From contig NOWV01000318.1 of the NCBI GenBank assembly GCA_003344405.1, positions 1 to 49,180 of the forward strand: DNA of 49,180 nt. Reading direction: 5' to 3'. The notes below the pieces were generated by a model. The model was not told the DNA's origin and ran no database searches. It worked only from the letters and a program-made list of their open reading frames with translations. The stretch is from Trichoplax sp. H2. Lineage: Eukaryota. This document shows positions 1 to 13,100 of this stretch, one piece after another. Position 1 is the first letter of the stretch, and every line of letters begins with the position of its first letter. Position numbers and translations under genes: made by a program.

Positions 1-111
1 CATCTATATATACTAAATACTAAGAATAAATTTATAGATTATCTCAAACAAACATGAATTACAGAATTTATTGTTAGCTTCTAAATGTTATCGCTTACAG
101 GGTACACTTAC

Positions 112-2430
112 CGTTGGCTTATAATTACATGTTTCTTAGACTGGTGATTGGAATAGCATGTATCAATTATTAATACTAATAGCGGATCAGCTGGCTTAAC
201 ATTGATCTCAAAAAATATTTCTTCGTTCGGTTCAACATAAATTGCTCCTGAACGATTGGTTCGTACTTGTTGATAACTTTGATTCGTATAAAGTAACATA
301 TCGTATTGAAAACTACTAGTTTTTGGCTGTGGTTGCCTCGTTAGTTGTTCTATTGTTAGGCCCTGATCTATTTTAGAGTGATTTTTTTTCGCGTTCAATA
401 CTGCATTAATGTAAGCAGTACGTTTATAACTGCAGGAAAACATTAGTTGATGTTGCTGCTCCCTTAGAATAACCCCACCTTTATTCTGCATATTATTGAT
501 AGCAGTTATGGTATTGCCATAAATTATAGAACGAGGGTTAAATTGAATGTCGTTTCCGCAGCTATTAAAGGGTATCTTAATGTGAGTTAGAGTTGAATTC
601 GTTTTATACTGACATAGCCCTAAATTTATCGTAGCTGGATAAGGTTGTGACAGTGATGTTGCAATAGATTGGTGAATATTAACTTGTATTGAATCTGGTA
701 GACAAGAAATGGAGATTTGATCGCCTAGAGTAATCATAGAATAGTAAGAATTAATTATGCATTTGTTAATGACTATTATTTTTTACACTTACTCAGATGT
801 ATTACTAATAGCTGACTCGTAATGATTAATATATTAATGAATTATTAATGAGACTGAATTGGCATATCTCATTTCATTTCACCAAGATATTGTCGAAAAC
901 GATAAATCACATAATAGATCAACTAATTGATAAATAATTAAACTATTGCCTGATCTATTTTATACTTATTAGGATATTAAGGAAACGCTAATCATGCGAT
1001 CGTTGATGACCAGTATTTAATAAATCTGAAGTCTTCAATTTCTTACCAAGACATGACCAATTTTGCACAATAACCGTAACCTGTAATGGGAAGGATACTT
1101 TTTCATAACTTGAAACATTAGACCGGTGTTCCTGATGTCTATCACTAAGATGCTGCCTGATAATGCGAGGCTGGATCATAACAGCAAATTGATAAGAACC
1201 AGAACGAAAAGGCCTGAAATCTAATGTACAACTGGTTGAATCAAGGTGAGACTGAGGTAAAGGACCGCATATGCCTCCACACTCATTAATATCAAATTGT
1301 AAATATTGAGATGCCCATTGACAGCTTGTAACTAATCCAGCTTGAAATAATGTTAAGTTAGCATAACAATCATTAGCTATATGATAGACTAATGTCGGCT
1401 TAAAGGTTGAATTAGGAACATACAGATTGAATAAATGTGGAATGGTAGAAGTTAAGAATAATTTTCGTTTATCTCCTTGATGATTTACACTTTGATCCCA
1501 GCAACAAGACGTAGCCAATAGTCTGTAATTAGCGATTTTCGGGAATTGCGTTAACAGATTATACTGTAGAGAACAGAGTTGATTTTGATCGATTTCGCTA
1601 GTGCTATTTATAACCCTGATCAGAATATTGCTTTCTATTCTTGTTGTATTTAAATGATAAAAATAGAATGTAAATAAGTTCATGATATTGATATTGCTGC
1701 AATAAATTAAGGACTGTGCTCGAATCACAAATTGCAGTTTCCATTCAACCTAGCAAAATAGGAGGAATTTTTGATTAGTTCGATTAATTATATCTCATTA
1801 ATATACGAGGGTTAAATTTTGTCGTGAAAATTGCATTATTAGATACGGTAGTTCTATACATATTTTATCTTAACGGTAACGATTATAAAAATAGGCAATA
1901 AAAGATCGAATTCTTGAAAAAATTTGATAACTCTTTAGAAATTTTAAAATTTTCATACTAAATTCTAAATTTTTTATACCGAGGCTGTTTATAACAGCGC
2001 TTTCAATTTAAAAATTAAATTGACAAGAATAAATATCGACTGTTATAATTAACAGTAAAATTAATCTAAAGCACTTTAGACCATTAGCGTCTGTTCAAGA
2101 ACGTCATTGAAAATTCATGCAACAATCATAACATAGATATTAAACTAACAATATTCTAAAGACTTTCTCGTCCTTACACTAGGCATTTGGATCGTCAAAT
2201 AGATAGCTTCCAATTACAATTACCACTCAGTGCTAATTAAAGCAACAATGTACTAATTTAATTAGATATCAGTATATTTTGTAAGCATTTCTTTCCTTAC
2301 GCTTGTTGGTTGAGTCTGAATCCAAGTTAAATGAGCTCCTAAAGGTCTGTTCGGCTGTTATTTCAATAGCCAAGAATGTAAGCAGAACGTATATCGGTAA
2401 GATTAATCTTTGGCGGATCATACCATTCAT
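112..2430 (-). CDS. Secreted ZP (zona pellucida) domain protein with a Cys-containing N-terminal extracellular domain; 3' end lies left of the window
   Basis: Candidate exons: 2430-2301 (MNGMIRQRLILPIYVLLTFLAIEITA, signal-peptide-like, gtaagg donor), 1749-1047 (tag|VEWKLQF...SCCW...CQWA...ECGGICG...NWSCL, gtaaga donor) and 724-112. The last encodes ZP-N (ISCLPDSIQVNI, PFNSCG, IIYGNTI, FSCSY) and the start of ZP-C (EEIFFEI...LIIDTCY...VIISQR|gtaagt). The 1047-to-724 join is phase-compatible; the exon 1-to-2 join is off by one nucleotide. Confidence 0.8.
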
Positions 2431-3999
2431 TTGAAAATTAATTCAATTATTACATATAGAATTACGAATTTAGCAAGCTCCAAGTTCATTTGCGATGATA
2501 CTTTGACGTAAGGAATCAAGCCATCAAAATCAAAACAATTTAGAATCTTTCACACTTGATAGAAAACAGCTGATGTAACACATTGCAAGAAATAAAAATT
2601 AACATAGTTTTGTCGCTTACTATAATTCTATCAATAAGAATATTATAATGGTATGCTAATTAAATACAGAAAGTGAGATACTTGAATATTTACCTAATAT
2701 ATTTAATTAGTAAACACGATAGTATTACATACAATAGATGCATTACCAAGGCTGCAAATAAATATTCATCAAACAGATTGATATGGTCATAAACTAATGC
2801 CAGTAATATTGTCCTTTGAACCTTAGTTATTATGGATTCAGCAATTAGATCATTAGCGATTCACTTTTCGGGAATATGATAAATATGAGGCAGTCTAAGT
2901 TATCTTTTATCAAATCTAAGAATTGAATATGAGCACAATTAATAAATGTAGCAACTAACCTTGTTATCAAATGGAATCACATTCCAAGGAATTAAGCAGC
3001 CATCCTAATCTTTCGTCGGTGTACATGCATAAATAGCTCGATTCGATAATGCGTTAAAGTTCATTTACTGACTTCTATGACTTAGGAATTAAGTAAAAGG
3101 TATTATAGTCTACACGCTTGTATGTTAGGAAACAGAAAGTTACATAGAATTAAGTACGAAGTTTCCAGACGGCCCGGAAAATTACTTTCCAAGTCTTAGG
3201 GTTGACGTATACTTTGAATGATATTAGAATTAGAAACACTTCTGCTATATCGATTTTGTTGTTTCTAAGATCGTGCATGGAGAATTAGATAAATTTATAA
3301 AATTATGCCATCTTGGAGTAAAAATGGCGAGAAGCAGACTAATTCGTAAGGTGTTAACTGCATGTGTTAATATCAAGCCGTAGACGTAGGTGACAATAAT
3401 AAGGTAATAACAAACTTGTTTACTCTTCTTTGGGCCCAAAGTCCACATAGGCGTCGACATCAATCATTCATTTGCCCTAAAGGCGTAATAGAAATTGCAA
3501 GAAATTATTTTTGAACTGTTTCTCTCACAGTTCAATAATAACAGAGAGAACATCCGCTTAAACTATCGGCTTCGAGCCGAGTAGTAATTTGTATCATCAT
3601 TTAGTCAATTCTTTCGTGAAGAGCTCTTCTGGTATGAATATTGATCATTTCAGTCTGTTCTACTAGGAGAAAAGAATTTACACCTTCATTTTGACTAAGC
3701 TTTAGTGCTTTTGAGAAGAATATTGATTAGATTACACGTGTAGCGTATTCGTTGGCACAATCATCGGTTAACTTTGGTATGTACATGATATCTTGTTGAT
3801 TATCAAATACTTAAACTGATCTATTTGAGGCAATTTTTGATACGTAGCTGCATTATTCTCAAAATATATTTCCTAGATGTGAAATAATTCCGTAAGTTAC
3901 CTCCTGGAGTTATTTAATAAAAAAGTCATCAAATAACAGCAATTTCAGGAATTTATAAACTAGAATTTGCTCAATTTCATTCTTCCAAAGCAAAGCAGA

Positions 4000-6900
4000 A
4001 TGAAATATTTGTGGTCTATCTTTGTCATATTAGCATTGTCAGTCACAGATGCGTCTGCTATTTATAATTATGACCATATTCCAAGGCGAAAAAGTCGACA
4101 AATTGAAGCTATAGACTGCTACGATAGTTCTAATCGAGGAATTCATTATCATGGTTTTATTAATACTACTAAATGGGGTATAACATGTAAGCCATGGATG
4201 GAGTATCAGATCCGAAATGCAAAACGACATGGTAATTACTGTCGCAATCCAACGGGTAAAATTGAAGGACCTTGGTGTTTTACCGATGATAGCTATAAAA
4301 ATTGGCAATATTGTGACGTACCGCGGTGTCAAAGTAAGCTAACTAAAAATTAAGTAGTTGTAATATAGTTTAGGTATAAATTTATATGGTTCTTGGGGGT
4401 AGCTATTAAAATCATAAAATGATATAGTATAAACTGTTCGAAATTGTTTCATTTAATCTACTCATGTAGTTAACGCTTTAGCAGCTCAACTAAAAAACTT
4501 TAAATTTGAATTAGTAGAATAACTTGTAGTATATGATACTGGCGTGGATGTTTATTTATCGATCTACATTAATTAATGAAGAATTCCTTAATTTTATGGG
4601 CCTGAAATCCAGAATATAGTGCAACTTGCTCCTCTATCTAGAAACATCAAGTGAACTAATGTATAAGGTGTTATATTAATTCTACCAAGCCATTACCTTA
4701 TTAATTAATATGATGGAACGAATAATAAGCATTACTTGACATAACTGACTGACGACAAACCTAATACTGTATGTTTTATTTGTACTAGTCGTAATTCCAT
4801 CCTGTAAGTATTGTACTTGTAGGATAAAAGCAGACTCAGGCATTTTTCTTCGTCTTCGTTAACTTTTACTTTTCAACGGTTTGCCAATCCTACAAGTATT
4901 TTCAAGTATCTTTAAAGCATACAGATTATAGAGTTAGATTAATTACATATTAGAGGTTTACATCTATCTCAGTTGCAATCCAAATAACTTAACTGTATGA
5001 TATAAAAGTGATAAAAACACGCTTTTATTTCACTTGAGTCGTTTTAAATAGTCCAACATATTTTATATTCTGGAAATAATTATTTCTACAAACGAAGCTT
5101 ACTTACTTTCTAAACGGGTTAAAGTTAACTTATTTGTTACATTGTATGATCTATTTCCTATATACTTGAATACATTCTTTTTCCAAACTTAGTTGCAGAT
5201 TTAAAGAGTAAAGCAATTAAATTAAATTAAATTAAAAGAGGAATACAAATTGTAAAATAAGCTAGCTACAAATAATATGTATAATCTATTTCCTATCCGT
5301 ACCTTTAACAGTATGATATAAAGATCATAAATATACAATTTTGATTGGGTACTTTAATAATAGCATATATTTTATATCCTAGAAATACACATTTCTATAA
5401 ACAAAGCATATTTTACTTTCTAAACGGTTAAAATTAATTTATTAGTTACGTAGCATGATCTATTTCCTACATGTACCTTCTTTTTCTAAATTTGGTTACA
5501 GATTTGAAGAGTAAAGCAATTAAATTAAAAGAGATGGATAGTTCTTGTTCTTATCATAACGGTGGATGCAGCCATACCTGCCTTGATCGCTTAGATGGGC
5601 ATCAATGCACATGTCCACAAGATATGATCCTGGCTCAAGATGAACTTAACTGTATCAATCCCAGTGCAAGATTACCTGGAAATTGTTATAATAATAATGG
5701 CGGATGTAGTCATCATTGCATAGTAGATCAAAAAAATTATCATTATTGCACCTGTCCTAAGGGCTATAAATTATTATCGAATCAACAAGGTTGTAAATTC
5801 GAATGGAATGCCATATCCAATTCGGTGAAAAATTCTGCAAAAAAAGATGACTGCCGATATCGTAATGGTGATTGCAGCCATATTTGCATCCAAATTGCAA
5901 ATCAACGACATTATTGTCGCTGTAGGAAAGGATTTAAACTGGATATTGACGGTAAAAGCTGTCTATCAGAATCTATTTCTACAAATCAGGCAGTAGAGCG
6001 TCCTTATCATGGATGTCAACATCGAAATGGTGGCTGCCAACATTTCTGTATTGATTTAAGCCGATCCCATATATGTTCATGTCGTCATGGCTATTTATTA
6101 GATGTTGATCAAAAAAGTTGTAAACTCAATATTGAAGTGCTACCATTAGATCAAGGTAAACCATCAGTAATACTACCATCGTCATCGTCTGACTATCCCA
6201 ATGAATTCATTCATGGAGCGAAACATTACGGAAGTTGTTCTCAAAGCAATCATAGCTGTCAGCATATATGCGTTGACATCGATTCAACAAATTATTACTG
6301 CCGTTGCTTATTAGGCTATCAGCTCATGCAAAATGGCTACAATTGTCGAAAAAGTAATTTAAATAACGAATTATCGATTTTGGATGGATCTTGCCGTCAA
6401 AGTAATGGCTATTGCCAACATCTATGTGTTGATATTAGTGATGAAGGCCACTATTGCTTATGCAGAAAAGGTTATAGCTTAAACCAAGATCGTCGTACAT
6501 GCAGCCAAAGGAATGATTATAACTCTAATTTAAAACGATTATTACGAGGACCATGCTATAATATTGGTAGTAGCTGTAGCCATTTTTGCCATACTGTTCG
6601 AAATTATCATTATTGTTCTTGTCCACTCGGATACGATTTAATGCCTGATAACACAACTTGCGATGTAAATGAATGTAGCAGTTCTCATCACCATAATTGC
6701 AGTCATATTTGTATTAACACTCTTGGTTCTTATCGCTGCCAATGTCCATATGGATTTCAATTGAATCCTGATGGACTCACGTGTCAGTCGATCGGTGGGT
6801 AATTAAAATAGTTTAAACATCATGTTAACTTTCACGACTTGAAGTTAAAAGGTTAAATCAATATGCACTCATATTTAGGTCAAGAAAATGCCGTCGTGGT

Positions 6901-9236
6901 ATTGTGCAAAACGGATCGGATACAAATATTTATTAAGCGACAATTCATACCTAATGAAGTAAATCCTTCTAAACTGAGATTGATCGATCCTAAATGCCAA
7001 CCAAGATTGAATCGGAGTTATATTGCCTTTTCTACATCTTTGCAACAATGTGGCCATAAAGTGACAGAATCATCCGATAAAATTATCTATCATAATACTA
7101 TACAGCAATGGAATGATCGAAAGGGGATTATTGCTCGTGGTCAAGGATTTCAAATACAATTGCAATGCAGCTATAATAAACGTGCTAGGTTAGCTAATAT
7201 TGCTATCGAGCCGGGCTTAACGATTAAAACAATCCAAATCGGCCAAGGACGAGGCAATTTAACCTTTAAAATGGACATTTTCAATACAACTGATTACCAA
7301 AATCCAATTAATTCATCAGCGCCTATTGTTGTGGAATTACAGCAAGTTTTATATTTTGAAATTAAGATTATTCCACCGCAAAAAAATCTAATACTCTTTG
7401 TAGAACAATGCTTTGCAACGCCTGAGCCGACACTAAATCAATCGATTCGATATAATATCATTCAAAATGGGTATGCAGTTTATAGACTTATGTCTAATTA
7501 ATTTATAATATTCATTTACGATATAAAGCAATTGAAATTTCTTAATATATGGACAATAGCAATTTTTATCTAATTTCGCTAACTCTAGTATAGATCTGTA
7601 TAGTGTAGTGCTGTGCATCAAGTATCAGCATCAACTTTGAAAGATTTTTCTGCCTAACTTCAATTCAGAATAGATTCCTCCTATAGTTTGCTATGCTTAT
7701 TCCGCATTTTCATACGCAGTGTCAGCTTATGGATAGTATTATTAGGAGCTTGCAAGCATCTACATAAATTATGATTACGCCAATAGCATACTTTACGATT
7801 TCTTTCTGCTAACTAGCATATTATCTGACTGTTTATACGAGTATGATTTGATGTAGCAAATAAAACGGGCACTATTGCCTGTTTATGGATATTATTATCG
7901 TAATAAAGTCGGTGAGTATTCAGATTTTTACCTTGCTTCCTTGCTAATTTATGATCATATTGTTCAATCGTGAGGAAAATTTTTTTATTTCTACTTGCTA
8001 AAACACAATCCTTTAATAGTTCATTGTGAAGTACCTGTATACGTAAATGTAATTGGAGACTTCTAAGAGGAAATCTTAAAATTTTCTGATACATTTTAAC
8101 CTATCGCGTGCTCAAAAATGTTGATGGATAAACTTTACAAATTGATATAGATGATTCTACTGATTATCTTGAAGATTTCCTTTCATAGATTCTACCGTAG
8201 TACGCTTATCTAGTATAGGTATTTATTAGAATGTTTATCTGATCATATTACTTTTTAACTCCTGATTACTTGTAGATGTGATATTGATACTACTATTCAA
8301 CACTACGAATCACCATCTCCTTCTACTGCAAGATTTAGTCTTTATCCATTTCAGTTCATTGGTAATTACCGATTTGTCTTTTTCCACTGCCAAATTCTCT
8401 TATGCCATCGATTTTCATCCCAATCAAGATGCTCACGTGGTTGTGTTATGGATCGGAGTAGCATTAGTAACAGAACAAAGAGAGATTTTAATTCAGATGT
8501 TTCCAAATCATTTCATGTCTTACAAGGTCCTTTCATACTGATCAACCCTCGTCAATCGAAATCATTACAAGCTAGAGGTAAATAAAGTAATTAGATGCAC
8601 TTTACGCCGCCTACTTAAATAAATACTACAATTTTATATCACTAAATAATAAAGTATAACTTAGAGCTACGTAAAGTTATTTCATGCATGTATCATGATT
8701 ATGCCATTAGTACTGCCGTATCCAAGGCATTCGTAGTAGTAACATGGCACAGCTAGTAATAGAGCATAAAATTGATACCTAGTGGAATCATTGTAGATTT
8801 AAAATGTTGTGTTATCCTATTCTATTAATATTCTAAATATGAGCTACGTTATCATTTCTTTAATTTTACGCATTATAATTATCTGGCATGAATAACAAAT
8901 ACTTATATGATCATCATTGATTATAGTACGTGTAAGTATAATTGTAATGTTATCATGTATTTGTCTAGCTAACCATCTGCAATATTATGAATATCTTTTA
9001 TAGAAATCAAAAATCAACATACTAATAACAAAACAAATCATGACAGACCTCATAAATCTGGCATTCAACAAAGCAACAAGAAACCATTTCCAGTTACTGG
9101 CATCGATGATGATTGCTATCGTTACTGGATAGTAGCTACTACTTCAGTTTGTTTTGCATTCTCCTGCATAATATTTTGTGTGGTACTGCTAGTTACTAAG
9201 GGATGTTCTAGTCGTTATTTTATTCCATCTTATTAA
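4000..9236 (+). CDS. Type I membrane ZP protein: signal peptide, kringle, 8 EGF-like repeats, ZP module, furin site, TM helix
   Basis: Phase-compatible exons: 4000-4333 (signal peptide plus 6-Cys kringle with NYCRNP, GPWCFT, WQYCDVPRC), probable micro-exon 4789-4803, 5502-6794 (8 EGF repeats, last one calcium-binding type DVNEC...CINTLGSYRC), 6879-7470 (ZP-N and ZP-C start), 8276-8577 (GCDIDTT...ARFS...VFFHCQILLC...CSRGC, RTKR at 8472-8483, hydrophobic patch VLQGPFILI) and 9004-9236 (TM YWIVATTSVCFAFSCIIFCVVLLVT, stop TAA). Confidence 0.92.
4990..5535 (+). repeat. Degenerate direct duplication (about 240 bp) of an intron 3' end and exon start
   Basis: About 4990-5240 aligns with about 5306-5535. 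Shared words include ttactttctaaacgg, atgatctatttccta and cagattt(a/g)aagagtaaagcaattaaattaaa. Confidence 0.85.
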
Positions 9237-10126
9237 AACCGATTTCATTGATCATTTCAATTAGCAGCTGCAATCATGTAGACTCTATTGCTGCAATAGA
9301 AAACTGATATATAGCTTAATAAAATTTATTCTAATATCGGTATCAATTCGAAATTAATTTTGGCTATGCATTAAAAACAAGATTACCATTTTTTCATCGG
9401 ATTATTCCAATAATGAATGTATTGCAAAATATTTGAAATATGAAGATTTAAATATTTAATAGTTGAGCTCAGAAATATCGATTTTATATATGTTTCCCTT
9501 TATTTTGAAACGTAAAGATTGATTATAGATTAAGATAAAAATTACGAAACGAATTAATAAACAAAACTTAGTGATAATAAGAATCAATTTAGGTTTAATA
9601 ATCTAGTAACCTATTGTTATTTTTACTATGACTGGAACTAAAATGAAAGGGTGATTCCATGTCATGGAAATAAGGCCAAAAACATGTATATTGATTTAAA
9701 TCCGGATTTTGCATGTAAAATTATTCTATTAAAGGCAAATCTTTATGATCGATTTCCTTACTACTTAATCAACTTTATTCAGATAGTTTACTTTAAGGTT
9801 TGCTCGATTTACCCGAATTACTACAATAACTGAATAGCGTTTACATAATAACAATTTCAGCTATCCTTTTGTAACATCGGCATTTTCTTTTGCTATGCTT
9901 GATTCTGTGATTTTTGCGTGCATAGTAGCTGTCATGGAGCAATAACTTATCTTAGTATGCTTTATCAACAATGAACTCGAGTTATGGCTTCAAAGAAAGG
10001 AGATCAAGTCACTTTAAGGATAATTAATAGAAACAAATTATTATATTAAATATAATAATTACTAACAAGATGTAGCTAACTCATAAAACGTACAAAATAT
10101 GTCCTAAGGTTCTTGAAGTACTGTGT

Positions 10127-13100
10127 TTATTTCTTGGCTTGTTGGATTTCTTTTAACCAGCTATTAGTAATATAAGAAGTAGTATATCAGTAATACTAAT
10201 TGCAAGTATAATTTAGTCTATTGATAATGTAGCTGTTAGACGCACTCTTCCTTAGCACTTTTTGATTCAGTCTCCAAATTGTAAGCCAGCTGTGGAGATG
10301 CCCTAGTGTTTACTATAACGAGCGTTCTTTTCTCTAAAACAATATCTCAGTTAGTTATTCCTCCAATAAACAAGTATTTCATATCTGAAAACAGCTTCAG
10401 GCAAAGATTTATCTTCTATTATAATATTAATGTTTCATATAATATATATTTCATTGTAATTAAAATTATACAATCATTTGACTAACTCTCTTATTTTATG
10501 ATATATCTCTGGTTAATTTCATACTATTCTGCAACATTATATCCATTAATTATGAGTATATGCTTCTCAAACAATGTGCTTCATTAAATGTTCTAAAACT
10601 CCAGTAATTATCGTGCTTTTGGAAAATGAAATAACTAATTCATAAGATGTCCTTATATAAAATATCTCGCTCTATTGGCAAAGCATTGATAGACTTAGAT
10701 ATATCTAACCTGTTTTACTGGCATGTGCATTAATATCGACAAGCGGTATAATGGGAATTTGTAGACTCGATTGCTTTCGCTATAAGTAGTTCCATAATTT
10801 ATTGTTTTTATCATAGAAATCGAATTAGTGCGTATTAAAAAATATTATAATATCGTTATTTAATAAAATTAATTAAAAACCTTTTGTTTCGTTGAATGGG
10901 GCTCAATTTCAGCCATATTTCCACATTTTAAATAATATTTATTGTCCTTAATTTCAAGAAGTACGATGTACTCTTCCAGAAGTAGCAGCTTCAAGTCTGC
11001 CATAGTTGTTAATGGTCATCGTTAGAGCAGATGTATAACTCCAATTTATGTAGTTGCAATAGTATCTTGGAAATAAAAACTCGCTATCTTGATGGCTCAG
11101 TTAACTTACGAATTTCTTCACCCTCTGGAGATTTAAACTTCACGTCATTAGAATGCAGTAACCGCTGTTTCATAAAGTCAATTGCCTAATAAATCGCAAT
11201 ATTAAATCTACATAAGATCTGAGATTGTAAGCCTATATTACCAAGACAATTTGATAACCAAAAACAGTAAATCAAACAAATGGCATATAAAAATACTTTA
11301 TATTCCATTAATTGTGGGTCATTAGATTGATCAATTGCTGATCGGTCCATATTATTAACGATGGAAATCAAAGTTTGATAGTTTTCTGCTTCCCGTATGC
11401 CGGAGTTTACAAACATAGATACTTCCTAAAAGGTGTAATAATTTTGAATAAGCAGTTTGGAATAGTTTTTCACTTGTAAACTAATACACTGGAATTAAGC
11501 TGCATTCTTGTAGCTCATTCTTAATATCTTACTGTCTACCTTAGAACATCCAAGAGCTTTGACCACACCTTCAAAATCTGGATCGTCGACTGTATTAATT
11601 GAGATGACGAAAAAGAATATATTTGATTTAAAAATTGTAACAAAGATAATTAATAATGCTTTCTTTATATTATTATCCTTAACGATTTCTAATAAAGATG
11701 AAAAAATCTTCTTACCTTGTGTGTACTTTGCGATTTGATCTAATAGCAGGGGATATCTCATTAGTCGTCGACACCCGGATGAAATTAAATCCTGAAAACT
11801 AGTGTGTTTGCAGAGTGGATGGCTCTCACATTCCTGATACAGATACAGTAAATCGAAGAGTATTATTATTTGAATAGGATGAAGAAATCAAAAGATGTGA
11901 TTTCATAACGGATAGATATATACCCTGATAAATTTCTCTATCTTTGGATCCTTTAGTTTTTCCTAATATGAAAGTTAAAAGCAAGATTTTTACGCATAAA
12001 TTCGCATAAAAGTACTGTTCGATTTATATTTATGTAGCATTATGCGATATTCCCTAAAATAATAATTACAATTTTTGTACTAATCTTAAAATATCTTTAA
12101 TATGATACAGATGTCTGATAATCGATCAAAAAGTAAATATTTGTAAAACTTAAACTCTTCGTATGATGGCATGTTATTTGGATAGATCAGGAAAGCAAAG
12201 CTTGCAAATAATTGTGACGTTATAGGTTTGTATCTATTCCAATGATCTATTTCTGATTACTAATGGTACCTTAAATATTGCCAATGTCAGAGATTGATTG
12301 CTATAGCACACAACATAGGCTTCTTTAAGTTCATAACCTGGCTTACCACTGAACTGTTGCAATCAATTGATTGCCGTAAAATAAATTATGCAATATAATA
12401 AGCAACAAAGATTCACATATTTTAAGCTCAATTTTGACGACGATTATACTCTTAATTTATCAGCTAATTTTAGATATCTATATAGTTTAGATACTGTGTT
12501 TAGTTGAAGCAACTCTGAAACCTTGTTTATGATAACATCGCCTATAGATTCAACTATTTCAGATTCCGCTTGCCGCTTTTCCATAGCTGCGATGATAGAT
12601 TCTGCAAACAAAAATACGCAACAGCAAGTTAGGCCAATGAAATAATTACTTTTAGCCGGCAAAACGATGTGCATATTCGAGCTGGATGCTTACTATGTAT
12701 TTTTATAAGATCCAATAAGTTTGGAAATAGCTCATAGATGAAGTTCATATCGAATAAGCGGCTACGAATAAATGGTTTGTAAAATAGCTGCATGCAAAAA
12801 GGTAGTAATAGTCCGGATTAGTGAGTCAATTTCAGATATTTCTGGTAAGGGAGTCACCATAAATATAATCATAATAACTATGTATGAAATTAGCTTAATA
12901 ATTCGAAATGCCTCGTAAATTACATAGTAAGCGGCTAAACAGTAGCTACTATTTACGTAACTTTACTAGCCTGTTTGCATAATCGAAAGAAAATGTATCT
13001 CCAAAACAGAAATAAATCGACTGAAAAGAGATTAACTACCATCTGATTAACACTAAATTATAGCTTTGACTTATAAAATTATAGTTCCTGATAATAGTCA

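Noticed and set aside
793..811. Possible 19-nt micro-exon (cag...gtaagt) in the left ZP gene
   Set aside because: Inclusion shifts the frame, whereas the direct 1047-to-724 join is already in phase.
3566..3580. Small hairpin tcggct-tcg-agccga between the ZP genes
   Set aside because: A 6-bp stem is too short to distinguish from chance, and bacterial terminator logic does not apply here.
8278..8541. 87-aa ORF from the ORF track
   Set aside because: It is the wrong frame of the ZP-C exon 8276-8577.
10487..10600. Possible extra RhoGEF PH exon
   Set aside because: I found no convincing stop-free, phase-compatible exon, and 10710 joins 10333 in phase giving a continuous PH domain.
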